Shown here one piece after another: positions 27,450 through 41,700 of a DNA stretch of 64,000 nt. This DNA is from Eledone cirrhosa (Eukaryota): positions 207,080,001 to 207,144,000 of the forward strand of contig OZ024743.1 in the NCBI GenBank assembly GCA_964016885.1, read 5' to 3'. The notes under the pieces are model-generated. The model saw only the letters and a program-made list of their open reading frames with translations. It ran no database searches and had not been told where the DNA came from. How positions within the stretch are numbered: position 1 is the first letter of the stretch; each line of letters starts with the position of its first letter. Made by a program: the position numbers and the translations under genes.

Positions 27450-30400
27450 GGTCAGCTCCAGCATACTGATCCTTGGTACCATATATACACTGCTGGGAGC
27501 TCATCCCACTGGTCAGCTCTGATACTGATCCTTGGTACCATATATACACTGAAGGGAGCTCATCCCACTTGCCAGCTCTGATACTGATCCTTGGTACCAT
27601 ATATACACTGCAGGGAGCTCATCCCACTGGTCGGCTCTGATACTGATCCTTGTTACCATATATACACTGCAGGGAGCTCATCCCACTGGTCAGCTCTGGT
27701 ACTGATCCTTGGTACCATATATACACTGAAGGGAGCTCATCCCACAGGTCAGCTCCAGCATACTGATCCTTGGTACCATATATACACTGAAGGGAGCTCA
27801 TGCCAATGGTCAGCCCTGATACTGATTCTTGGTACTATATATACACTGCTGGGAGCTCATCCCACTGGTCAGCTCCAGCATACTGATCCTTGGTACCATA
27901 TATACACTGCAGGGAGCTCATCCCACTGGTCAGCTCTGATACTGATTCTTGGTGGTACCATATATACACTGAAAGGAGTTCATCCCGCTGGTCAGCTCTG
28001 ATACTGATTCTTGGTACCATATATACACTGAAGGGAGCTCATCCCACTGGTCAGCTCTGATACTGATCCTTGGTACCATATATACACTGCAGGGAGCTCA
28101 TCCCACTGGTCAGCTCCAGCATACTGATCCTTGGTATCATATATACACTGAAGGAAGCTCATCCCAGTGGTCAGCTCCAGCATACTGATCCTTGGTACCA
28201 GATAAACACTGAAGGGATCTCATCCAACTGGTCAGCTCTGATACTGATCCTTGGTACCATATATACACTGAAAAGAGCTCATCCCACTGGTCAGCTCTGA
28301 TACTGATCCTTGGTACCATATATACACTACTGGGAGCTCATCCCACTGGTCAGCTCTGATACTGATCCTTGGTACCATATATACACTGCAGGGAGCTCAT
28401 CCCACTGGTCAGCTCTGATACTGATCCTTGGTACCATATATACACTGCTGGGAGCTCATCCCACTGGTCAGCTCTGATACTGATCCTTGGTACCATATAT
28501 ACACTGCAGGTAGCTCATCCCACTGGTCAACTCTGATAGTGATCCTTGGTATCATATATACACTGCAGGGAGCTCATCCCACTGGTCAACTCTGATACTG
28601 ATCCTTGGTACCATATATACACTGCTGGGAGCTCATCCCACTGGTCAGCTCTGATACTCATCCTTGGTACCATATATACACTGAAGGGAGCTCATCCCAC
28701 TGGTCAGCTCTGATACTCATCCTTGCTACCATATATACACTACTGGGAGCTCATCCCACTGGTCAGCTCTGATACTGATCCTTGGTACCATATATACACT
28801 ACTGGGTGCTCATCCTACTGGTCAGCTCTGATACTGATCCTTGGTACCATATATACACTGCTGGGAGCTCATCCCACTGGTCAGCTCTGATACTGATCCT
28901 TTGTACCATATATACACTACTGGGAGCTCATCCCACTGGTCAGCTCTGATACTGATATTTGGTACCATATATACACTGAAAGGAGTTCATCCCACTGGTC
29001 AGCTCTGATACTGATTGTTGGTACCATATATACACTGAAGGGAGCTCATCCCACTTGTCAGCTCTGATACTGATCCTTGGTACCATATATACACTGCAGG
29101 GAGCTCATCCCACTGGTCAGCTCCTGCATACTGATCCTTGGTACCATATATACACTGAAGGGAGCTCATCCCACTGGTCAGCTCCAGCATACTGATCCTT
29201 GGTACCATATATACACTGCAGGGAGCTCATCCCACTGGTCAGCTCCAGCATACTGATGCTTGGTACCAGATAAACACTGAAGGGAGCTCATCCCACTGGT
29301 CAGCTCTGATACTGATCCTTGGTACCATATATACACTGAAGGGAGCTCATCCCACTGGTCAGCTCTGATACTGATCCTTGGTACCATATATACACTGCTG
29401 GGAGCTCATCCCACTGGTCAGCTCTCATAATGATCCTTGGTACCATATATACACTGAAGGGAGCTCATCCCACTGGTCAGCTCTGATACTGATCCTTGGC
29501 ACCATATATACACTGTTGGGAGCTCATCCCACTGGTCAGCTCTGATACTGATCCTTGGTACCATATATACACTGCTGGGAGCTCATCCCACTGGTCAGCT
29601 CTCATACTGATCCTTGGTACCATATATACACTGAAGGGAGCTCATCCCACTGGTCAGCTCTGATACTGATCCTTGGCACCATATATACACTGTTGGGAGC
29701 TCATCCCACTGGTCAGCTCTGATACTGATCCTAGGCACCATATATACACTGCAGGGAGCTCATCCCACTGGTCAGCTCCAGCATACTGATCCTTGGTACC
29801 ATATATACACTGCTGGGAGCTCATCCCACTGGTCAGCTCTGATACTGATCCTTGGTACCATATATACACTGAAGGGAGCTCATCCCACTTGCCAGCTCTG
29901 ATACTGATCCTTGGTACCATATATACACTGCAGGGAGCTCATCCCACTGGTCGGCTCTGATACTGATCCTTGTTACCATATATACACTGCAGGGAGCTCA
30001 TCCCACTGGTCAGCTCTGGTACTGATCCTTGGTACCATATATACAATGAAGGGAGCTCATCCCACAGGTCAGCTCCAGCATACTGATCCTTGGTACCATA
30101 TATACACTGAAGGGAGCTCATGCCAATGGTCAGCCCTGATACTGATTCTTGGTACTATATATACACTGCTGGGAGCTCATCCCACAGGTCAGCTCCAGCA
30201 TACTGATCCTTGGTACCATATATACACTGAAGGGAGCTCATGCCAATGGTCAGCCCTGATACTGATTCTTGGTACCATATATACACTGCTGGGAGCTCAT
30301 CCCACTGGTCAGCTCTCATACTGATCCTTGGTACCATATATACACTGAAAGGAGTTCATCCCGCTGGTCAGCTCTGATACTGATTCTTGGTACCATATAT

Positions 30401-32750
30401 ACACTGAAGGGAGCTCATCCCACTGGTCAGCTCTGATACTGATCCTTGGTACCATATATACACTGCAGGGAGCTCTTCCCACTGGTCAGCTCCAGCATAC
30501 TGATCCTTGGTATCATATATACACTGAAGGAAGCTCATCCCAGTGGTCAGCTCCAGCATACTGATCCTTGATACCAGATAAACACTGAAGGGATCTCATC
30601 CAACTGGTCAGCTCTGATACTGATCCTTGGTACCATATATACACTGAAAAGAGCTCATCCCACTGGTCAGCTCTGATACTGATCCTTGGTACCATATATA
30701 CACTACTGGGAGCTCATCCCACTGGTCAGCTCTGATACTGATCCTTGGTACCATATATACACTGCAGGGAGCTCATCCCACTGGTCAGCTCTGATACTGA
30801 TCCTTGGTACCATATATACACTGCTGGGAGCTCATCCCACTGGTCAGCTCTGATACTGATCCTTGGTACCATATATACACTGCAGGTAGCTCATCCCACT
30901 GGTCAACTCTGATAGTGATCCTTGGTACCATATATACACTGCAGGGAGCTCATCCCACTGGTCAACTCTGATACTGATCCTTGGTACCATATATACACTT
31001 CTGGGAGCTCATCCCACTGGTCAGCTCTGATACTCATCCTTGGTACCATATATACACTGAAGGGAGCTCATCCCACTGGTCAGCTCTGATACTCATCCTT
31101 GCTACCATATATACACTACTGGGAGCTCATCCCACTGGTCAGCTCTGATACTGATCCTTGGTACCATATATACACTACTGGGAGCTCATCCTACTGGTCA
31201 GCTCTGATACTGATCCTTGGTACCATATATACACTGCTGGGAGCTCATCCCACTGGTCAGCTCTGATACTGATCCTTTGTACCATATATACACTACTGGG
31301 AGCTCATCCCACTGGTCAGCTCTGATACTGATCCTTGGTACCATATATACACTGAAAGGAGTTCATCCCACTGGTCAGCTCTGATACTGATTGTTGGTAC
31401 CATATATACACTGAAGGGAGCTCATCCCACTTGTCAGCTCTGATACTGATCCTTGGTACCATATATACACTGCAGGGAGCTCATCCCAATGGTCAGCTCC
31501 TGCATACTGATCCTTGGTACCATATATACACTGAAGGGAGCTCATCCCACTGGTCAGCTCCAGCATACTGATCCTTGGTACCATATATACACTGCAGGGA
31601 GCTCATCCCACTGGTCAGCTCCAGCATACTGATCCTTGGTACCAGATAAACACTGAAGGGAGCTCATCCCACTGGTCAGCTCTGATACTGATCCTTGGTA
31701 CCATATATACACTGAAGGGAGCTCATCCCACTGGTCAGCTCTGATACTGATCCTTGGTACCATATATACACTGCTGGGAGCTCATCCCACTGGTCAGCTC
31801 TCATACTGATCCTTGGTACCATATATACACTGAAGGGAGCTCATCCCACTGGTCAGCTCTGATACTGATCCTTGGCACCATATATACACTGTTGGGAGCT
31901 CATCCCACTGGTCAGCTCTGATACTGATCCTTGGTACCATATATACACTGCTGGGAGCTCATCCCACTGGTCAGCTCTCATACTGATCCTTGGTACCATA
32001 TATACACTGAAGGGAGCTCATCCCACTGGTCAGCTCTGATACTGATCCTTGGCACCATATATACACTGTTGGGAGCTCATCCCACTGGTCAGCTCTGATA
32101 CTGATGCTTGGCACCATATATACACTGCAGGGAGCTCATCCCACTGGTCAGCTCCAGCATACTGATCCTTGGTACCATATATACACTGCTGGGAGCTCAT
32201 CCCACTGGTCAGCTCTGATACTGATCCTTGGTACCATATATACACTGAAGGGAGCTCATTCCACTTGCCAGCTCTGATACTGATCCTTGGTACCATATAT
32301 ACACTGCAGGGAGCTCATCCCACTGGTCGGCTCTGATACTGATCCTTGTTACCATATATACACTGCAGGGAGCTCATCCCACTGGTCAGCTCTGGTACTG
32401 ATCCTTGGTACCATATATACACTGAAGGGAGCTCATCCCACAGGTCAGCTCCAGCATACTGATCCTTGGTACCATATATACACTGAAGGGAGCTCATGCC
32501 AATGGTCAGCCCTGATACTGATTCTTGGTACTATATATACACTGCTGGGAGCTCATCCCACAGGTCAGCTCCAGCATACTGATCCTTGGTACCATATATA
32601 CACTGAAGGGAGCTCATGCCAATGGTCAGCCCTGATACTGATTCTTGGTACCATATATACACTGCTGGGATCTCATCCCACTGGTCAGCTCTCATACTGA
32701 TCCTTGGTACCATATATACACTGAAGGGAGCTCATCCCACTGGTCAGCTC
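27450..32750 (+). repeat. 40-monomer higher-order repeat (2376 bp), about 2.2 copies
   Basis: Pseudo-ORF pairs 27992/30368, 28999/31375, 29178/31554, 29654/32030 and 29911/32287 all have offset 2376. This equals 32x59 + 8x61, and I counted eight 61-mers between 28999 and 31375. Confidence 0.9.
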
Positions 32751-35700
32751 TGATACTGATCCTTGGCACCATATATACACTGTTGGGAGCTCATCCCACT
32801 GGTCAGCTCTGATACTGATCCTTGGCACCATATATACACTGCTGGGAGCTCATCCCACTGGTCAGCTCTGATACTGATCCTTGGCACCATATATACACTG
32901 AAGGGAGCTCATCCCACTGGTCAGCTCTGATACTGATCTTTGGTACCATATATACACTGCTGGGAGCTCATCCCACTGGTCAGCTCTGATACTGATCCTT
33001 GGTACCATATATACACTGCTGGGAGCTCATCCCACTGGTCAGCTCTGATACTGATTCTTGGTACCATATATACACTGCTGGGAGCTCATCCCACTGGTCA
33101 GCTCTGATACTGATCCTTGTTACCATATATGCACTGCAGGGAGCTCATCCCACTGGTCAGCTCTGATACTGATCCTTGGTACCATATATACACTGAAGGG
33201 AGCTCATCCCACTGGTCAGCTCTGATACTGATCCTTGGTACCATATATACACTGCTGGGAGCTCATCCCACTGGTCAGCTCTGATACTGATTCTTGGTAC
33301 CATATATACACTGCTGGGAGCTCATCCTACTGGTCAGCTCTGATACTGATCCTTGGTACCATATATACACTGAAGGGAGCTCATCCCACTGGTCAGCTCT
33401 GATACTGATCCTTGGTACCATATATACACTGAAGGGAGCTCATCCCACTGGTCAGCTCTGATACTGATCCTTGGTACCATATATACACTGAAGGGAGCTC
33501 ATCCCACTGGTCAGCTCTGATACTGATCCTTGGTACCATATATACACTACTGGGAGCTCATCCCACTGGTCAGCTCTGATACTGATCCTTGGTACCATAT
33601 ATACACTGCAGGGAGCTCATCCCACTGGTCAGCTCTGATACTGATCCTTGGTACCATATATACACTGCTGGGAGCTCATCCCACTGGTCAGCTCTGATAC
33701 TGATCCTTGGTACCATATATACACTGCAAATAGCTCATCCCACTGGTCAACTCTGATAGTGATCCTTGGTACCATATATACACTGCAGGGAGCTCATCCC
33801 ACTGGTCAACTCTGATACTGATCCTTGGTACCATATATACACTGCTGGGAGCACATCCCACTGGTCAGCTCTGATAATCATCCTTGGTACCATATATACA
33901 CTGAAGGGAGTTCATCCCACTGGTCAGCTCCAGCATACTGATCCTTGGTACCATATATACACTGCAGGGAGCTCATCCCACTGGTCAGCTCCAGCATACT
34001 GATCCTTGGTACCAGATAAACACTGAAGGGAGCTCATCCCACTGGTCAGCTCTGATACTGATCCTTGTTACCATATATACACTGAAGGGAGCTCATCCCA
34101 CTGGTCAGCTCTGATACTGATCCTTGGTACCATATATACACTGCTGGGAGCTCATCCCACTGGTCAGCTCTGATACTGATCCTTGGTACCATATATACAC
34201 TGAAGGGAGCTCATCCCACTGGTCAGCTCTGATACTGATCCTTGGCACCATATATACACTGTTGGGAGCTAATCCCACTGGTCAGCTCTGATACTGATCC
34301 TTGGCACCATATATACACTGCTGGGAGCTCATCCCACTGGTCACCTCTGATACTGATTCTTGGTACCATATATACACTGCTGGGAGCTCATCCCACTGGT
34401 CAGCTCTGATACTGATCCTTGGCACCATATATACACTGATGGCAGCTCATCCCTCTGGTCAGCTCTGATACTGATCCTTGGCTCCATATATACACTGCTG
34501 GGAGATCATCCCACTGGTCAGCTCTGATACTGATCCTTGGCACCATATATACACTGCTGGGAGCTCATCCCACTGGTCAGCTCTGATACTGATCCTTGGT
34601 AACATATATACAGTGCTGGGAGCTCATCCCACTGGTCAGATCTGATACTGATTCTTGGTACCATATATACACTGCTGGGAGCTCATCCCACTGGTCAGCT
34701 CTGATACTGATCCTTGTTACCATATATACACTGCTGGGAGCTCATCCCACTGGTCAGCTCTGATACTGATCCTTGTTACCATATATACACTGCAGGGAGC
34801 TCATCCTACTGGTCAGCTCTGATACTGATCCTTGGTACCATATATACACTGCTGGGAGCTCATCCCACTGGTCAGCTCTGATACTGATCCTTGTTACCAT
34901 ATATACACTGCAGGGAGCTCATCCCACTGCTCAGCTCTGATACTGATCCTTGGTACCATATATACACTGAAGGGAGCTCATCCCACTGGTCAGCTCTGAT
35001 ACTGATCCTTGGTACCATATATACACTACTGGGAGCTCATCACACTGGTCAGCTCTGATACTGATCCTTGGTACCATATATACACTGCAGGGAGCTCATC
35101 CCACTGGTCAGCTCTGATACTGATCCTTGGTACCATATATACACTGCTGGGAGCTCATCCCACTGGTCAGCTCTGATACTGATCCTTGGTACCATATATA
35201 CACTGCAGGTAGCTCATCCCACTGGTCAACTCTGATAGTGATCCTTGGTACCATATATACACTGCAGGGAGCTCATCCCACTGGTCAACTCTGATACTGA
35301 TCCTTGGTACCATATATACACTGCTGGGAGCTCATCCCACTGGTCAGCTCTGATACTCATCCTTGGTACCATATATACACTGAAGGGAGTTCATCCCACT
35401 GGTCAGCTCCAGCATACTGATCCTTGGTACCATATATACACTGCAGGGAGCTCATCCCACTGGTCAGCTCCAGCATACTGATCCTTGCTACCAGATGAAC
35501 ACTGAAGGGAGCTCATCCCACTGGTCAGCTCTGATACTGATCCTTGTTACCATATATACACTGCAGGGAGCTCATCCTACTGGTCAGCTCTGATACTGAT
35601 CCTTGGTACCATATATACACTGCTGGGAGCTCATCCCACTGGTCAGCTCTGATACTGATCCTTGTTACCATATATACACTGCAGGGAGCTCATCCCACCG

Positions 35701-35759
35701 GTCAGCTCTGATAGTGATCCTTGGTACCATATATACACTGCTGGGAGCTCATCCCACTG

Positions 35760-38700
35760 GTCAGCTCTGATACTGATCCTTGGTACCATATATACACTGT
35801 TGGGAGCTAATCCCACTGGTCAGCTCTGATACTGATCCTTGGCACCATATATACACTGCTGGGAGCTCATCCCACTGGTCACCTCTGATACTGATTCTTG
35901 GTACCATATATACACTGCTGGGAGCTCATCCCACTGGTCAGCTCTGATACTGATCCTTGGTACCATATATACACTGTTGGGAGCTAATCCCACTGGTCAG
36001 CTCTGATACTGATCCTTGGCACCATATATACACTGCTGGGAGCTCATCCCACTGGTCACCTCTGATACTGATTCTTGGTACCATATATACACTGCTGGGA
36101 GCTCATCCCACTGGTCAGCTCTGATACTGATCCTTGGCACCATATATACACTGATGGCAGCTCATCCCACTGGTCAGCTCTGATACTGATCCTTGGCACC
36201 ATATATACACTGCTGGGAGCTCATCCCACTGGTCAGCTCTGATACTGATCCTTGGCACCATATATACACTGAAGGGAGCTCATCCCACTGGTCAGCTCTG
36301 ATACTGATCTTTGGTACCATATATACACTGCTGGGAGCTCATCCCACTGGTCAGCTCTGATACTGATCCTTGGTACCATATATACACTGCTGGGAGCTCA
36401 TCCCACTGGTCAGCTCTGATACTGATTCTTGGTACCATATATACACTGCTGGGAGCTCATCCCACTGGTCAGCTCTGATAGTGATCCTTGGTACCATATA
36501 TACACTGCTGGGAGCTCATCCCACTGGTCAGCTCTGATACTGATCCTTGTTACCATATATACACTGCAGGGAGCTCATCCCACTGGTCAGCTCTGATACT
36601 GATCCTTGGTACCATATATACACTGAAAGGAGCTCATCCCACTGGTCAGCTCTGATACTGATCCTTGGTACCATATATACACTACTGGGAGCTCATCCCA
36701 CTGGTCAGCTCTGATACTGATCCTAGGTACCATATATACAATGCAGGGAGCTCATCCCACTGGTCAGCTCTGATACTGATCCTTGGTACCATATATACAC
36801 TGCTGGGAGCTCATCCCACTGGTCAGCTCTGATACTGATCCTTGGTACCATATATACACTGCAGGTAGCTCATCCCACTGGTCAACTCTGATAGTGATCC
36901 TTGGTACCATATATACACTGCTGGGAGCTCATCCCACTGGTCAGCTCTGATACTGATCCTTGGTACCATATATACACTGCAGGGAGCTCATCCCACTGGT
37001 CAACTCTGATACTGATCCTTGGTACCATATATACACTGAAGGGAGCTCATCCCACTGGTCAGCTCTGATACTCATCCTTGGTACCATATATACACTGAAG
37101 GGATCTCATCCCACTGGTCAGCTCTGACAGTGATCCTTGGTACCATATATACACTGCAGGGAGCTCATCCCACTGGTCAACTCTGATACTGATCCTTGGT
37201 ACCATATATACACTGAAGGGAGCTCATCCCACTGGTCAGCTCTGATACTCATCCTTAGTACCATATATACACTGAAGGGAGCTCATCCCACTGGTCAGCT
37301 CTGATACTCATCCTTGCTACCATATATACACTACTGGGAGCTCATCCCACTGGTCAGCTCTGATACTGATCCTTGGTACCATATATACACTACGGGGAGC
37401 TCATCCTACTGGTCAGCTCTGATACTGATCCTTGGTACCATATATACACAGCTGGGAGCTCATCCCACTGGTCAGCCCTGATACTGATCCTTGGTACCAT
37501 ATATACACTACTGGGAGCTCATCCCACTGGTCAGCTCTGATACTGATCCTTGGTACCATATATACACTGAAAGGAGTTCATCCCACTGGTCAGCTCTGAT
37601 ACTGATTCTTGGTACCATATATACACTGAAGGGAGCTCATCCCACTGGTCAGCTCTGATACTGATCCTTGGGACCATATATACACTGCAGGGAGCTCATC
37701 CCACTGGTCAGCTCCTGCATACTGATCCTTGGTACCATATATACACTGAAGGGAGCTCATCCCACTGGTCAGCTCCAGCATACTGATCCTTGGTACCATA
37801 TATACACTGCAGGTAGCTCATCCCACTGGTCAACTCTGATAGTGATCCTTGGTACCATATATACACTACTGGGAGCTCATCCCACTGGTCACCTCTGATA
37901 CTGATCCTTGGTACCATATATACACTGAAGGGAGCTCATCCCACTGGTCAGCTCTGAAACTGATCCTTGGTACCATATATACACTGAAGGGAGCTCATCC
38001 CATTGGTCAGCTCTGATACTGATCCTTGGTACCATATATACACTGCAGGGAGCTCATCCCACTGGTCAGCTCCAGCATACTGATCCTTGGTACCATATAT
38101 ACACTGCTGGGAGCTCATCCCACTGGCCAGCTCTGATACTGATCCTTGGTACCATATATACACTGAAGGGAGCTCATCCCACTGGCCAGCTCTGATACTG
38201 ATCCTTGGTACCATATATACACTGCTGGGAGCTCATCCCACTGGTCAGCTCTGATACTGATCCTTGGTACCATATATACACAGCTGGGAGCTCATCCCAC
38301 TGGTCAGCTCTGATACTGATCCTTGTTACCAGATATACACTGCAGGGAGCTCATCCCACTGGTCAGCTCTGATACTGATCCTTGGTACCATATATACACT
38401 GCAGGGAGCTCATCCCACTGGTCAGCTCTGATACTGATCCTTGGTACCATATATACACTGCAGGGAGCTCATCCCACTGGTCAGCTCCAGCATACTGATC
38501 CTTGGTACCAGATAAACACTGAAGGGAGCTCATCCCACTGGTCAGCTCTGATACTGATCCTTGGTACCATATATACACTGAAGGGAGCTCATCCCACTGG
38601 TCAGCTCTGATACTGATCCTTGGTACCATATATACACTGCTGGGAGCTCATCCCATTGGTCAGCTCTGATACTGATCCTTGGTACCATATATACACTGCA

Positions 38701-41700
38701 GAGAGCTCATCCCACTGGTCAGCTCCAGCATACTGATCCTTGGTACCAGATAAACACTGAAGGGAGCTCATCCCACTGGTCAGCTCTGATACTGATCCTT
38801 GGTACCATATATACACTGAAGGGAGCTCATCCCACTGGTCAGCTCTGATACTGATCCTTGGCACCATATATACACTGTTGGGAGCTCATCCCACTGGTCA
38901 GCTCTGATACTGATCCTTGGCACCATATATACACTGCTGGGAGCTCATCCCACTGGTCACCTCTGATACTTATTCTTGGTACCATATATACACTGCTGGG
39001 AGCTCATCCCACTGGTCAGCTCTGATACTGATCCTTGGCACCATATATACACTGATGGCAGCTCATCCCACTGGTCAGCTCTGATACTGATCCTTGGCAC
39101 CATATATACACTGAAGGGAGCTCATCCCACTGTTCAGCTCTAATACTGATCTTTGGTACCATATATACACTGCTGGGAGCTCATCCCACTGGTCAGCTCT
39201 GATAGTGAACCTTGGTACCATATATACACTGCTGGGAGCTCATCCCAATGGTCAGCTCTGATACTGATCCTTGTTACCATATATACACTGAAGGGAGCTC
39301 ATCCCACTGGTCAGCTCTGATACTGATCCTTGGTACCATATATACACTACTGGGAGCTCATCCCACTGGTCAGCTCTGATACTGATCCTTGGTACCATAT
39401 ATACACTGCAGGGAGCTCATCCCACTGGTCAGCTCTGATACTGATCCTTTGTACCATATATACACTGTAGGGAGCTCATCCCACTGTTCAGCTCTGATAC
39501 TGATCCTTGGTACCATATATACACTGCAGGGAGCTCATCCCACTGGTCAACTCTGATACTGATCCTTGGTACCATATATACACTACTGGGAGATCATCCC
39601 ACTGGTCAGCTCTGATACTCGTCCTTGGTACCATATATACACTGAAGGGAGCTCATCCCACTGGTCAGCTCTGATACTCATCCTTGCTACCATATATACA
39701 CTACTGGGAGCTCATCCCACTGGTCAGCTCTGATACTGATCCTTGGTACCATATATACACTGCAGGGAGCTCATCCCACTGGTCAGCTCCTGCTTACTGA
39801 TCCTTGGTACCATATATACACTGAAGGGAGCTCATCCCACTGGTCAGCTCCAGCATACTGATCCTTGGTACCATATATACACTGCAGGGAGCTCATCCCA
39901 TTGGTCAGCTCCAGCATACTGATCCTTGGTACCAGATAAATACTGAAGGGAGCTCATCCCACTGGTCAGCTCTGATACTGATCCTTGGTACCATATATAC
40001 ACTGAAGGGAGCTCATCCCACTGGTCAGCTCAGATACTGATCCTTGGTACCATATATACACTGTTGGGAGCTCATCCCACTGGTCAGCTCTGATACTGAT
40101 CCTTGGTACCATATATACACTGAAGGGAGCTCATCCCACTGGTCAGCTCTGATACTGATCCTTGGCACCATATATACACTGTTGGGAGCTCATCCCACTG
40201 GTCAGCTCTGATACTGATCCTTGGTACCATATATACACTGAAAGGAGCTCATCCCATGGTCAGCTCTGAAACTGATCCTTGGTACCATATATACACTGAA
40301 GGGAGCTCATCCCACTGGTCAGCTCTGATACTGATCCTTGGTACCATATATACACTGCTGGGAGCTCATCCCACTGGCCAGCTCTGATACTGATCCTTGG
40401 TACCATATATACACTGAAGGGAGCTCATCCCACTGGCCAGCTCTGATACTGATCCTTGGTACCATATATACACTGTTGGGAGCTCATCCCACTGGTCAGC
40501 TCTGATACTGATCCTTGGTACCATATATACACTACTGGAAGCTCATCCCACTGGTCAGCTCTGATACTGATCCTTGGTAAAATATATACACTGAAGGGAG
40601 CACATCCCACTGGCCAGCTCTGATACTGATCCTTGGAACCATATATACACAGCTGGGAGCTCATCCCACTGGTCAGCTCTGATACTGATCCTTGTTACCA
40701 TATATACACTGCAGGGAGCTCATCCCACTGGTCAGCTCTGATACTGATCCTTGGTACCATATATACACTGCAGGGAGCTCATCCCACTGGTCAGCTCTGA
40801 TACTGATCCTTGGTACCTTATATACACTACTGGGAGCTCATCCCACTGGTCAGCTCTGATACTGATCCTTGGTACCATATATACACTGCAGGGAGCTCAT
40901 CCCACTGGTCAGCTCTGATACTGATCCTTGGTACCATATATACACTGCTGGGAGCTCATCCCACTGGTCAGCTCTGATACTGATCCTTGGTACCATATAT
41001 ACACTGCAGGTAGCTCATCCAACTGGTCAACTCTGATAGTGATCCTTGGTACCATATATACACTGCAGGGAGCTCATCCCACTGGTCAACTCCGATACTG
41101 ATCCTTGGTACCATATATACACTGCTGGGAGCTCATCCCACTGGTCAGCTCTGATACTCATCCTTGGTACCATATATACACTGAAGGGAGCTCATCCCAC
41201 TGGTCAGCTCTGATACTCATCCTTGGTACTATATATACACTACTGGGAGCTCATCCCACTGGTCAGCTCTGATACTGATCCTTGGTACCATATATACACT
41301 GCAGGGAGCTCATCCCACTGGTCAGCTCTGATACTCATCCTTGGTACCATATATACACTGAAGGGAGCTCATCCCACTGGTCAACTCTGATACTGATCCT
41401 TGGCACCATATATACACTGCTGGGAGCTCATCCTACTGGTCAGATGTGATACTGATCCTTGGCACCATATATACACTGCTGGGAGCTCATCCTACTGGTC
41501 AGCTCTGATACTGATCCTTGGTACCATATATACACTGCAGGGAGCTCATCCCACTTGTCAGCTCTGATACTGATCCTTGGTACCATATATACACTGAAGG
41601 GAGCTCATCCCACTGGTCAGCTCTGATACTGATCCTTGGTACCATATATACACTGCTGGGAGCTCATCCCACTGGTCAGCTCTGATACTGATCCTTGGCA

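Larger units (their letters stand above)
17400..27550 (+). repeat. Higher-order duplication with ~6.16-kb offset, containing a nested 1007-bp (17-monomer) tandem duplication
   Basis: TTAATCC...TATGCAC at 19041/25205 and pseudo-ORFs 20053/26217 give offset 6164. AGATAAGC at 22561/23568, together with the GAAGTGAG, ACATTGCT and GCGGGGAG markers, gives offset 1007. Confidence 0.85.

Noticed and set aside
34638-34643. AGATCT variant as a fourth copy of the 2.56-kb block
   Set aside because: The accompanying markers (GAGCCC, GAAATGAG, AGCTTCAGC) are absent, so it is most likely an independent recurrent substitution.
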